From Adineta vaga (lineage: Eukaryota; Animalia; Rotifera), in the NCBI GenBank assembly GCA_021613535.1, contig CP075493.1, forward strand, positions 14,012,001 to 14,076,000: a DNA stretch of 64,000 nt. The letters are read 5' to 3'. Made by a program: the position numbers and the translations under genes. Shown here piece after piece: positions 12,629 to 25,300 of the stretch (the stretch's first letter is position 1; the number at the start of each line of letters is the position of its first letter). The notes beneath the pieces are model-generated. The model saw nothing but the letters and a program-made list of their open reading frames with translations, searched no databases and was not told the DNA's origin.

Positions 12629-13479
12629 TATATTTGATAATGTTCATGGTTGGAATATGTGTCTTTAGAGCTACAGTAGTTGATGACATTTAATTTGAAA
12701 CTTGAAATAACAAAGTCTGTTCTACTAATGGAAAAAGCTGCATTCTATAGCTTGCCTTTATTTTAGTTAAAGTATAGATATAAATGTGGAAATTGAATTA
12801 AATATGTACACCTTACCTACTGAAAATAGCTAATCCTCAGACTGAAACTGAATCTAAGTATTTGGATTTTAAAGACAGGTCTATAATAGTAAAGAAAATA
12901 AATTATATAGATAGTAATCATCATTTAGCTCAATTGAGAGTTAACTAAGTCAAGTAATTGATTGCACATTCCTTCTTCAAATTTATTTTTAAATTTTCAT
13001 ATAAATCATAAGTAAATATATATATTATATTTACAGTGCCAAAATAGATAAGTTTTTTTTCATGTTTTGAGTATATAGATATGGTACATTTTATGATCGC
13101 TGTGAAATTTTACTGTTCTTCTAAAGATGTTAGACTTTTCTTTGTCTTTCAGAATTGATCTTTAAACACACAGAAGTACTTCACAGATAAAAAAGAATTC
13201 ACAACATCCGACTATGGTTAAATGTCAAAATTTGTGATCATTCTATCGATTTTCCGTCGCTTGTCTGAGAGGACTATAGTATTCAAATGATTTTTTAAGA
13301 ACTATGTTTTTCTTCTCGAATAGCTATAGTCGCACACCAACATTGTATTAGTGTCTTGGTTGAAGCCGAGAATAGAAAGATAGTTAGACAGAACATTTTT
13401 TTCTATGTGTGCATACCTGAATACAAAAATAAAGATAATAAGAGAAATGGTTTTTTGTTGAAGTAAACACAAAAATCCA

Positions 13480-15315
13480 ATGCAGAACTCATGTGACAGT
13501 GCATCAAAGATATCAATGATAAGTGTTACAGACATAGCTCAACATGAAACATCACTGGTGAACGAGCTCTCTCAAACGATAAACGATTTAACTAAACAAG
13601 TTCAACTTGCGTCGCATAAAATTGAAAGAAGTCGTAATGAGGCGCTTGAAAAAGCTAACGAAGTACGACGACAAAAAATACACGATATTAAAACGCATTT
13701 CATCAGTCAATGTAAGAGTATAGAAGAGCGATACGATCAATTGATGCGACTCGAAGAAGGCGTTCGAAAACGTCTGACAATAGAAGTTTGTCAAACTTGC
13801 ATTAAAGCGAATTCGGAACATTCTGATAAGGCTATCGCTATACAACAAATGATCAATTCTCATTCTCAAGATGTTTGGCAATTACGATGGAACACTCCGT
13901 CTCAAATATTGAAGGTAAATCTTAGAAATACTCATATATATTTCATATCATATTTCCTCTTCGATATAAGACATCAACAGCACAAGCATCGACTGATGAC
14001 GTTGAAAATCATGCTGGTTTTTCTGCATTATTTCAAAATGCAGCAGCAAACACATTGGAAACGAAAGATAAATGGATTGGAGGATGGGCGGAACAAGCAG
14101 CTTTAGCACGTAAAACACAAAATGTAAATAATACTCAGCAGTCTTCAGCAAAAAAACCACAGATGATTCGACCTTGTGAAAAACTCATTAAGCTATTTTC
14201 ATCAAACGCGGCTCAAGAAGATGTCCAGGATTATCTTAAGGTAACTATAACTATCGCGCTGTATCTCAGACATAAATAATCTTCTACATTGATTATAATG
14301 AATGATTCACTACTGGAATCTAACTGGAAATTCTGAATCAATGCGTTGTCTATTCTGTTTTATATCTAACGTTCTGTAGTCGTGTTTGTCATTTGAAGGA
14401 ACACTATTTACTTCTCTCTTTTTTAACTGTGAGCCTTAATTTTTTGATAAAATAGGTAAATGCATAAAGTTGAGTAATAAAAAGTTCGAATATCGATTTG
14501 TCTAATAGTCAAAATCTAAGTGGAACGAGAGGAGAAATCAAACGATGTAAAAAAAATAAAATTTATCAAAAACTATGCTACTTAGTTATTTTGCTATAAA
14601 AATGAGATCTTCGACGCAAGCTACATAATAAGCTATGTTTTTTCGTTGATGAATCCAGAGAAGAATACCTGTGCAAGCAATATATCTAAAATGTCCGCAA
14701 CATGTTATATTATGTGTAGAGAATTTTTTATTGGAGACATGATTCTTCAAAGGAAAATTAAAAAAAAAGAATTACGCTTATCACATATTTCATTTTAGAC
14801 TTTCTTTATACTAACAAAGAAAAAAGATATTATTCCAGAACAAATCGCTATTCTTGTTTTATCTTTTATTCGATCTGTTGATGAATTTGAGACTAAAATG
14901 GTAACATCACGATACATTCATATGATTAAATATTGGGCCGAAAAACATCCTGATGGAGAACTCATGGTGATTGTTGGCATTCAAGTGTTTGTCTCTTCTC
15001 AAGGATACTTCAAAGTTAATAAAAATGCAGTTATTTCTTTTTTGCATGTTTGACAAGTTGATATTTTAATCATATTTCCGTACAACAAGAATGACTGTAT
15101 GAGCAAAATCATATCGATTAACTCTTTGTTTGTTTTTTGTTGTTTCAGTTAACATATTTTCACATCTCCTGATATGCTTTACACAAAATCAATGTATAAC
15201 CAAAGAAAGTATTCTCAAGTGGTATGAAAAAGGCACACATGGTCGAAACTACGTTGGTTATCAAGTAGCTCGTACTATGGCATCTCGATACGTTTCTGAT
15301 ACTTTTGGGATATAG
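13480..15315 (+). CDS. Coiled-coil protein with a C-terminal W2 (eIF4G/eIF5/eIF2B-epsilon)-like domain; approximate exons 13480-13914, 13971-14240, 14799-~15015, ~15149-15315
   Basis: N-terminal heptad region; last exon FSHLLICFTQNQCITKESILKWYEKG..GYQVARTMASRYV resembles the W2 acidic/aromatic boxes; phase of the last junction is not clean. Confidence 0.55.
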
Positions 15316-15427
15316 TTTGTTATATAAACTTTACTGAACTTCAAAAGACATACATTCATTTATCTATTTAATATATTGTAGTTTTATTGTCATACTTGTA
15401 TTATTTTCGTACTTATATGCACAAAAA

Positions 15428-15516
15428 TTTGAGAGTGTGAGAAGTGTGGATGAGTGATAATGAAAGTATAAACATGAAAGGAAAGATATCCTCATCGTCA
15501 CACCCACACCCTCAAA
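15428..15516. repeat. Short imperfect inverted repeat (MITE-like) built from telomere-like TGAGGGTGTGGG units
   Basis: tttgagagtgtgagaagtgtggatgag versus the reverse complement of ctcatcgtcacacccacaccctcaaa. Confidence 0.5.
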
Positions 15517-15841
15517 TAGTCAATAAAAAATATAGCTAGGATACATGACGTTTATACATTCTTCATCGCCTTTATTTTATGAATTGCATTTCAAGTAGGA
15601 GAAGAATTTTATACAATGTATGCACAAGAGAATAAATATTCCCACATGTTCTGTTTTCTGCTAACAGACATATTTTTATTAAAAAAAATACATTTTTTTC
15701 TATCTCTCTTTGAAATGAATCGCTATTACAATTTCTACTCCGCGTTATATTCGTAGTTTTAATTGACACTTTGTTAATTTACAAAATAAATTAGAAAACG
15801 ATCCCAGTTCCTGAACAATAAAAACATTTCATCTATTTTTC

Positions 15842-17145
15842 ATGGGTTCAAAACAAAGTCGTAATTCAAAGACAACAGCGATAATTAGTGATTCAGGTGC
15901 AGCAATAGGTATTGATTTGGGTACAGCATATTCATGCGTTGCTGTATATCAAAATGGTAAAGTAGATATAATTCCAAATGAACACGGAAATCTAACAACA
16001 CCATCGTATGTTGCATTCACCGATAATCAACGTTTAATTGGTGATGAAGCAAAAAATCAAGCATTTATGAATCCATACAATACGATTTTTCATTCGAAAC
16101 GACTTATTGGTCGCAAATTTCATGATTCATTTGTTCAATCTGACATGAAGCATTGGCCTTTCAAATTAATTAATGATAATGAGAAACCAAAGATTGAAGT
16201 TACATATAAATCTGAAACAAAACTATTTACACCTGAAGAAATCTTCTCAATGATATTACAAAAAATGAAAGAAATTGCTGAATCTTATCTTAATCAATCG
16301 GTCACATCGGCTGTTATCACAGTTCCAGCTTCTTTCAATGATTTTCAACGTCGATCAATAAAAGATGCTGCTCGTATTGTTGATTTGAATGTCTTACGTC
16401 TTGTAGATGAATCAACAGCAGCTGCTATTGCTTACAGTATAGATAAAAGAAATATTTCTGTTGAAAGAAATATTCTTGTGTTTGATTTGGGCGGTGGAAC
16501 ATTCAATGTATCAATACTTACCCTTATCGACGGCCTATTCGAAGTGCAATCGACAGCTGGTAATGAACATTTAGGTGGCGAAGATTTTGATCATCGAATG
16601 GTTCAATATTTTGTGAGAGAATTTGAATTAAAATACAGTTTAGATTTAACAGGAAATAAATATGCTCTTTGTCGTTTACGAACAGCCTGTGAACAAGCTA
16701 AAGTATATTTATTTATAGAGAAACATATTTTTATCCTTCTATCATTATTTAGCGCAGTTTATCTTCAAGTTGTGAAGTGTCGATTGAACTGGAATCATTA
16801 CATGAAGGAATTGATTTCTATACGAAAATAACTCGTACTCGTTTTAACGAGCTCAATGCTGATTTATTTGATTTATTACTTGAACCTGTTCAGAACGCTC
16901 TACGAGATGCCAAAATGAGAAAATCACAAATTCATGAAATTCTTCTTGTCGGTGGTTCAACACGTATACGAAAAATACAAGAACTTTTACAAGATTTCTT
17001 TGATGGTAAACAACTGGTTCGATCAATTAATCCAGATGAGGCCGTTGCTCATGGAGCTGCTATTCAAGCTGCTATTTTAACTCGTAGACATGTCTCAAAC
17101 ACTCAAAGATCAACAAAGGGATGGATGAGAAGTTGTATTACTTAA
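15842..17145 (+). CDS. Truncated HSP70 (nucleotide-binding domain only) with N-myristoylation motif; exons 15842-16702, 16753-17145
   Basis: MGSKQS; [51 protein letters not shown], then a 20-aa unrelated tail and stop; no substrate-binding domain. Confidence 0.9.
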
Positions 17146-17384
17146 TGTGAACTACAATCAAAATTTTTTGTTGTTTTAAAAAAAGATGAAATATCTTTGA
17201 GGATGTCGGTATAGGTATGAAGATGAATTATATATCTACCTTTACCCTCACGCAATCTAACTTACAGCAATTTATTTCTGTATTTCGAAGTAAACTCGAA
17301 TATATTCTTTTACTGCTTTGATGTGTTTAAATTGTCCTATAAATCGAAATAAAGTCGATGTGATTGATTGTTACTTTCAACATT

Positions 17385-18377
17385 TCATTTTTTTGTAAAC
17401 CATAAATCCAACTGTTCTCCATTACTCAATCGTTGTAGATCTTGCTCAGATTTATAAACTGTTATTGTTTGCCAAGCATTGCGTTCATATAAACTCGTTA
17501 ATGCATCGTCGACAATTCGAATATTATAGCCACGCGAAACGAAAAATTTCAGATATTCGTATGGATCACTTTTCTTCTCTCGCATCATTCGAGGACTAAA
17601 CTCTGATATGATGTGATGAACTTGATACTGATCAAATAAACGAATACCACTTTGTACTGCATATAATTCCGATCCTTCAACATCTATTTTCATTACATCG
17701 ATATTCTGACTAACTAAACTATCGAGTCGTGTACTGTTAATGATTTGTCTAATTGAGTAATCTCTAGGTATTAGTCTAATGGCATCCTTTTCAGATGATA
17801 TTCCACATATTGTATGTCCATCGCCGATATTCCGATTGTCACTAAAGAGTATACATTGACTTGGTATGACACCTAGACCATTGGCATGTACAATAACATT
17901 TGATGATGCTTGAGATGCATGCAGCGATGCTTGCATTAATTTGACATTATTAAGCATTGGTTCTATGGCAATTACTTTGTGACCAAGTACAGACATTACT
18001 AGAGTGAACCATCCAATATTGGCACCGATATCCAAGAAAACAGCAGGTTTTGACGGAGCATTTTTTAACATTAAGGAAATTAATTTCGTCTGATGTGGCA
18101 TCCAAGATCGCGATCCAGCAATTGAATTAGAAACAATATCATCGGATAATAAATGCATACAGAAAGGACGAGAATTAAGAAATGTTATTTTAATTGCATG
18201 ATTATTACTTGAGCAAGGATAGACGACTTGTGTGGTAATCTGAGGAGGTGTTGATATTAAAATCGTAATTGATTGTGTCCCTCTTTGCTTAATTATAAAT
18301 CCAATAATTAACATAATAAGTATTAAAACTATGAATAATATCCACCGACGAATTGATCGTGAGAAATATTGATTCAT
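17385..18377 (-). CDS. FkbM-family SAM-dependent methyltransferase with N-terminal membrane anchor
   Basis: FLDIGANIGWFTL, VIAIEPM, MKIDVEGSE motifs; TM at residues ~13-29; intronless. Confidence 0.88.
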   Translation of the reverse strand: MNQYFSRSIRRWILFIVLILIMLIIGFIIKQRGTQSITILISTPPQITTQVVYPCSSNNHAIKITFLNSRPFCMHLLSDDIVSNSIAGSRSWMPHQTKLISLMLKNAPSKPAVFLDIGANIGWFTLVMSVLGHKVIAIEPMLNNVKLMQASLHASQASSNVIVHANGLGVIPSQCILFSDNRNIGDGHTICGISSEKDAIRLIPRDYSIRQIINSTRLDSLVSQNIDVMKIDVEGSELYAVQSGIRLFDQYQVHHIISEFSPRMMREKKSDPYEYLKFFVSRGYNIRIVDDALTSLYERNAWQTITVYKSEQDLQRLSNGEQLDLWFTKK

Positions 18378-19345
18378 TATCGATGAAAATATCCTTAAAT
18401 AAGCGAGAAAAAAACAACTTTATATTTGATGATAAACCAAGGTCGAGTTTATTGAATCAATTATTTTACTTTAATTCTTAAGGGCAAATAGAAACATTGG
18501 ATTTTAATTTAAGTACTAATTTACATGAATAATTATACTTTCAAATAGATAAGTTTTAACAAAAAAAAAGTTAAAAAAAAAACGCTTATCTGTGTTAGTA
18601 AACGTGTCAGTTAACTGATAATACTTACACAGTTAAATTAAAATATGCCTGCTGATGATAGACAATATGGTTCTGTCATTTTTTTATGACTAAAAAAATA
18701 TTGGATAAAGAGAAACATGATATAAATCATGTTCGCAATGCTTTAGCTCGGAAGAAAACAAATATTGACATAGAAGTTTTTATGTGGTAAAGATTTTTGA
18801 GGTATTACCTGTGTGTATGTGTGCTGGCAATGTATGAGATATGCCTGATATTTATATTCTTAAAAATTATACGATATAATGAAACAAAATTCACACAACA
18901 TCTTTATTGTTCATTTCATTAACTCAAGTCGTATTTAACCTTATTTAAAAAAAAATCAAAAACGAGTGTCAGATTGATCAGTGGCTGTATTCTGCCAAGG
19001 ACCAAAAGTAACATGCTTCTGTCTCATAATCTTTAAAATTGTGTTTGTCATTTCTTATCAAAATCATATTTAAATAGTGTGAATTACAGTTTGTGCAATT
19101 CTTTTCTTTTCTTCTCTCCATTATGAAGTATGAGAGAGAAAAAAAACGACTCTTAACTAATAGATTGAAGTCACGTGCTAAATATCTCTGTTTGAATCTA
19201 TATAAAAAAAAGAAGTCTTTGACATGATTTCAATCTTCACATATACGATGTCGGGGATCGGGTTGAAGTTACCACACCCGCAAGATTATTATTTATATAT
19301 GAAAAAAAATAAAAGAAATAAATGTATACTTCTAAAATAAACTAT

Positions 19346-19687
19346 TCCATCAATTCTTCTTTATGCTTTTAAATGCACTGTAAACAGTAGACTCAATCGC
19401 TATGACTGTGTTTTTAATTATGTTAAGAAAACTTGAAATTGCGTATTGTATGCTTGTTTTTGTATTGAAGTGGCATTTGGTCCAAGATCTTTGTTTGCAA
19501 CTTTCTCTACTAGTTCATCCGTTTTTCTGTTAAAATTGTCTTTAGTTTGATTTGCTGCGTTTCTCATCTTCCACAGTTTTTCCTCAGTGGACTCTTCACT
19601 TTGTGCAATTCATTGAACATCATTTTGAAGCGAATCTAATTGTTGATTAGTATCTGTTTGAATTTTACGAAGAGATGAACTTGCCAT
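19346..19687 (-). pseudogene. Disrupted helical protein, probable distant QARP-family member
   Basis: MASSSLRKIQTDTNQQLDSLQNDVQ*IAQSEESTEEKLWKMRNAANQTKDNFNRKTDELVEKVANKDLGPNATSIQKQAY, then a frameshift to SFLNIIKNTVIAIESTVYSAFKSIKKN. Confidence 0.6.
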
Positions 19688-20077
19688 AACAAATAAATCA
19701 CTTATTATGAATTGCGAGTATAAGATGCCTTACAAACATTGTGAAGATTTGTTTTGCGTAATCTATTTTCAAACTATATATAAATATATACTTAAAAAAT
19801 CGGTATCTACAACGGAAACAACCAATGTAAGGTGCTACATACATATCATTTATGTATAGTATGTATGAAAATGACCAATGACTCTATCATTCCTATATTT
19901 TTTTTATGATAATAAACGAATGTGAGTGAATGTATGTCTACGCTTCAATACATATATGTGAATAAGAAATTGAAAAAGACAAATTTTTTTATCATATTGG
20001 TAGGGGGAAACCCATTCAGTTGTATGATTGTGTCGATTATAAAAAGAATATGAAATCATCTAATTGCTTCTCTATCT

Positions 20078-20687
20078 ATGGCTCATCAACAAGTATCAAA
20101 TCATGGTGCAGCAATTGAAGCACATTCTCTAAGTCAAACACTTACTGTGACTCATAATGTATGTATAGATCTTTCTTTTCGTGTTTTTTAACAAAATTAA
20201 TCTGTTTTAGGAAACTGTTTCTCAAATGTTAAACGAACCAGAACAATCTTATGAAACATTGATCTTACAATTGAAATCAAAACAATCAGAAGATGGTATG
20301 ACAGAAAAGGGACGAATTATTGATGAAATGAAAAAAGATATGAGTGGAAATAGTGATGATATACTTGAACATGTAATTCAAGCTCGTCCGCCACCAGAAA
20401 GTTCAAATTGTGAACGAAAAATTCAATTATACAATCATAGTGTTGATGAAATGCAAAAATTAATGATCGATCTAGACAAAACATTTGCAGCGATTTTATC
20501 AGAATTCAGTGTAGCTATTGATGATTTATGGGAGACAATATTAAACAATGATGAAAAGAAATTAAAAGAAATTCAAGAATGTTTTCGAAAAGTACTTCAT
20601 GAATATAATGCAATATGGAATATTGCCTTTAAACATACAAATGAAATCATGTCAAACTTTAAAAAAGAATTAGCTCAACATGAATAA
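20078..20687 (+). CDS. Helical protein, paralog of 44-625; exons 20078-20158, 20211-20687
   Basis: QSYETLILQLK/QKFKTLVLKLK, VIQARPPPES/IKQARPSPDD, IDDLWETI/INDVWKDV, WNIAFK/WGQYFK; phase-0 first intron in both. Confidence 0.8.
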
Positions 20688-22230
20688 CAACAAGAAAACA
20701 TTTTGTACATGATTTTTCTTATTTTCAATAAAAAATCCAATCGAGATCATAATTTAGAAAACAAAACTCACTCACTTTCATAAGAATTATTGGAAGAAAC
20801 TGAAATGAGACGAATATGTTTAATTCATTTTATCTCTTTTGTGTATATACAATATAACGATGAGATTGAGAGAAAAATTCAAGTAAATATATTGACGAAA
20901 AAAACATTCATTGACCTTTAAAACATCATGTTCGATTGTTATATTGTATTCATCTTATATGTATTTTTACGAATTTGAATCTTCTTCCTTTGACATTTAT
21001 CACATCAATGTTTCGAAAATATAATAGAAAGAGTGTGTTTATTCTTTACTCACATCTTCATCTGATCCATGTGACATACGATAAAGTCATTCTTTTGCCT
21101 TTATCACTTTTCCAAGTTAATATAATAACCTTTTATGAGTAGATAGAGATTCCTATGCATTGGTTATATATAAAAAAAACGTTATTTACATATTAATCTT
21201 CATTTATTTCAATTCCATTATTAATACAGATGCACCAGAGACAGCTATTTGTCGAGTTCACAACCGTAAAGTTTTTGTTGTAGCATTCAGATAAGTGAGT
21301 CAAGGGAGGAAAAACAATCACAACGTTCACAATCTAGATCATGAAGATGTACGCGTTTTTGTAGTCCTCATCAGTAAGTTCATTTACATTTATTATTTGA
21401 TTCTCCATGTATTTTTTGTTTCTATTTGAAAATAATTATCGACGTACGGGAATCGTATTGATATTGGTGAAAGAGAAAATGAGATTCAATATCCTTTGTT
21501 CATTCTTATTCTCATTTTACATTTCAATCCTCAGTTTCTCAGTTCATTAGAATTAGCATGTTAGGATTGATTTGAAGAGAAAAAAACAAAACGAGCAAAA
21601 ATGATACTTTGAATGAGTATATGTTCGTTAGTATCATATGATCAACTAGACGTGATAGTAACAGTATGAATGAAAATGTATTGTATCTTTATAGAACTGA
21701 AAAAAGAGCGAGAAAAATATTCGACGGTACTATAGACGAAAGAAAAATGAGAAGATACTTCGACTGTCTAGATAACAGCTCGTTTAGTATTGTAATGGGA
21801 GAAAAATTTTTTTGAAACATGAGAACACAACAAAGCATCTCACACATGTATGGCATCAAATGAAGAAATGCGTTATCAAGAAAAGAAATATATAAATATA
21901 TATATGCAAACACGTGGATAGAATCCATGAGATTCGTTACTTCCGTTGTCTCTCGAAAATATGACGCTTCTGCCGATATTATTCATCGTATAACATGCAT
22001 GGCGAACTTTGCCCTCACTGATTTTTTTCAACTATATCAGCATGTAATGAAGGCTGTTCTCTTTTCTTTACATATATATGTATGACATGGAATCGTTAAC
22101 ATCAAAAGGCACAATTTATTCTGCACTTCATGATAACATGTTGTTTTTTTCTCCAGTATCACTCGAACCAGATGCTTTTAATGTTCTCTATTTTTATTGT
22201 TTTCTCTTTCAGATTATTATTGCACTGTAT

Positions 22231-22701
22231 ATGGCTTTTCTGAAACGTCTCAGTATTCAATACCGACAGCTTCTGAAAGATCCAGCTCCGTATTGCTATG
22301 CAGAACCGAAGGATCTTGAAAACGATATCACACATTGGACGGGATATATCGATGGTCCAGAACAAACTCCTTATGCCGACGGAAGATTCTATCTCGATAT
22401 CGATTTTCCATCAGATTATCCATTCAAACCACCGAAGATTCGTTTCACAACGCCAATCTATCATCCAAATATAAGTACGAAAGGCGAAATATGTTTGGAT
22501 ATTCTTCATTCTCAATGGTCTCCAGCATTGAGTATTCGCGCACTCTTAATATCTCTATGCTCACTATTGACTGACCCAAATCTCGACCATGGATTGAATC
22601 GAGAAGCATTGGGATGCTACCAAACAGATCAGAAACAATATCAAGAAAAAGTAATCGAATGGACACAAAAATATGCTTCGAAGCAGCGAAGTTCAAATTA
22701 A
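22231..22701 (+). CDS. Ubiquitin-conjugating enzyme E2 (UBE2D/E-like)
   Basis: GPEQTPYADG, YPFKPPKIRF, YHPNISTKGEICLDIL (catalytic Cys), WSPAL; likely start MAFLKRL at 22231. Confidence 0.93.
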   Translation: MAFLKRLSIQYRQLLKDPAPYCYAEPKDLENDITHWTGYIDGPEQTPYADGRFYLDIDFPSDYPFKPPKIRFTTPIYHPNISTKGEICLDILHSQWSPALSIRALLISLCSLLTDPNLDHGLNREALGCYQTDQKQYQEKVIEWTQKYASKQRSSN

Positions 22702-22959
22702 TTAATTTTGTTTTCAGATACCTAGATGATTTTAATTCATAATTTTTTCTTCTTACATCAACCTCACGTCTGCAATTGACTTTTAAACTTTATTTAAAAT
22801 AAATAACGGTTGATTAATGGTTATCAGAAAATTTAAATCTAGCTGAAATTCAAAATGCAAGGTAACTCATACGCATATTCTCAAAATACATCTTGAATAA
22901 AACATACTTCACGATTTTATTGAGATAATATACAAGTGAGTTCTCAACATGAAGATGAG

Positions 22960-23657
22960 TGTGATCGATGCAATCTCATGTTTGAAAGTAGTTATATATC
23001 TAGTGAACAAAGAATTCAATAAATAAATATATGTAACAGTGTATTGATATAGTTTCTATGGTACGAAATACTTGCAGTAAAAGGAATGGTGATTACAAAG
23101 GCAATTAACATTTGAAATAAAAGTATACTGACTAACTGACGATCATTTGTGCGTCAACACTCACTACGTGCATAAATGTTGTCAAAATATCAAACAGAAA
23201 CATGAGTGTAGTTGGTAAAATACACGTACAAATAGTGATAAGAAAATTGAAGAATATAAGATGTGTAGACGATTCTATAAAACAAAGAGACGTACCATTA
23301 TTGATTTCAACGTCATACAAATAAACGGAATAGTGTATATAATCATTTTTCGCTATGATGGGAAAGAAATCTGCGTGAAAAAGTAATGAAATTTACACCA
23401 GATATCGCTTGTCTTTGTTGAATCTATGTTCAAACTAATGGAAGAGATAACGTGTCATAAAAACGACATAAACAACCAAAATATTGTCGATTGAGCCAGC
23501 TAAGAAGTCCAATGAACACGTATTGTTGCGGAGAAGGACGACTAAATATTATCAAATTGAACAACTCTCTCAATGTTCCCACAACTAACATGACAATCGA
23601 AGTAACATGATTCAACCATCATACGATACTATTCAGAGTTGAAATCAAATCAGTCAT
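22960..23657 (-). pseudogene. Degraded rhodopsin-family GPCR
   Basis: MTDLISTLNSIV*WLNHVTSIVMLVVGTLRELFNLIIFSRP (TM1), CILPTTLMFLFDILT (TM5), DAQMI; many lesions. Confidence 0.6.
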
Positions 23658-24129
23658 TGTACTTCCATAGAAAAGTACAACCAAAAAAGTTGTACTTTTG
23701 ATTTATATCGTCTTGTGTCAATAAAAATTTTAAAAAAAGAGAAGTTGTTATTAAATAGTATTTCTTCATTTTCTATCAACTAATTGTGAGATTGTTGGCA
23801 AGATCTTTTTTTTGCGAAGTTGATCAAGTACCATACATGATTTACATATCAATCAAAAAGAGAGACAAAACCATCTTAACATGTACACTTTTTCGCAATA
23901 TGAAAAACTTGCCACTTATCAGACTCAAATTTCCGACTTCGATAAATTTAGAATCATCTGTTTGTTTTTGGGATAGATATTAACACACTGCATGTTCAAC
24001 TTTACATCAGAAATATGGAGATTGAGTATAAAAAGTTGGTAAGACCCCCGTCTTTGTATGATTACAAAAACTTTTTTGATGTTTTCGTCACGTCAATAGG
24101 TAATAACTTCTTTAAATTATTTTAAAAAT

Positions 24130-25300
24130 GCCAACGTTATAGAAGATTTCAATCGCCTTTTCATACTATCATAAACTCTGCCAATATTATTGTAGACTGT
24201 GCCTATATCTGGATGACTGGAAGAAAGATATTTTTCTCTAATGTTGAGTACCTTTTGATATGCAAGAAAAGCATTTTGATAGTCTCCCGTTTCCTTGTGA
24301 ATTATACCGATAGTATTATATATCGTAGCCAGACAAATATGATCGGATATGGTAAACCCATTTATTGAACTCCATCAATGGATTTCTGGTAGAAAGAGAT
24401 TGCTCCGGTGTATTTGCCTTTATCGGTTGAAATCAAACCTAAAGAAAGGTATAAATAACTTCGTTCGACATGATTGTCGACAGAGCATGATCTGAGCATC
24501 AACTGATATATTTCTTCAGCTTTGTTATATTCGGCCATTAAATCAGCAAGAGAATGAAATACAATTCGTCTTGATATTTGTCTTCACAAACTTTGAGTGA
24601 CTATAGGAAGGTGTTGATCATTATCTGTCGTTGCTGTGAATTGAGCTTGCCAGTAATCTTCATCTGTTCTCGTGATTGCACCAATTCTAAATACACTGTG
24701 CATAGAAAATAAGGTTTCATCTTCTCCAGCGGATAGAGTAAGATGTTCTAACTATGCAAATGATGCCGATGTGTTCGTTGATTTGATTGTGATTTCAAAT
24801 AGGATTGGTACAATGTTAGAATCTTGTGAATGAATTAGACAATAGGTTAGTGCTAAGTTTTTTTTGAATATTAGCGAACAATGGACATTCCTTGACCACA
24901 ATAAACAATCAGAGGAAATGTTAAACTAGACGATTGCAAAGAATATTCATGTGCAATTTGTCGATTAATATCATTGATGAAAAAACTCATTTGCATAGTA
25001 AGTTCGATAAACGCGCAACTATCTTTTGTATACCACCAAATAGCTGCATTTTCTCTATAGTTTCGTTGAAATTCATCAATCTTACTCAATTTTGATTGAT
25101 CATGATGATATATTTGACGCCATGTATCAATAATTGATTCTTTCAAAGTGCCATCATATGGAAATTCAAGAGGATTTTCTTTCATTAATTGTGAATACAT
25201 AAATAATGGATCAAGTTGATCAATTGTAGTGTTGACGAATTTTAGAATCTTGATTGATATTTATATAGATGATAACAATAGTTTGATGTAAATATTTCGA
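24130..25300 (-). pseudogene. ADP-ribosyltransferase + TPR-repeat protein pseudogene
   Basis: LDPLFMYSQLMKE, AIWWYTKDS, VYCGQGMS, EDETLFSMHSVFRIG, TPRs ..HPDIGTVYNNIGRVY; frameshifts and stops. Confidence 0.85.

Noticed and set aside
17130-17145. C-terminal SCIT of the short HSP70 as a CaaX prenylation box
   Set aside because: Only two residues follow the Cys; CaaX needs three.
22078-22230. N-terminal extension of the E2 in the ORF track (similarly 59986-60138)
   Set aside because: Reads through pyrimidine-rich intron/UTR sequence ending in an acceptor; homology starts at the downstream Met.
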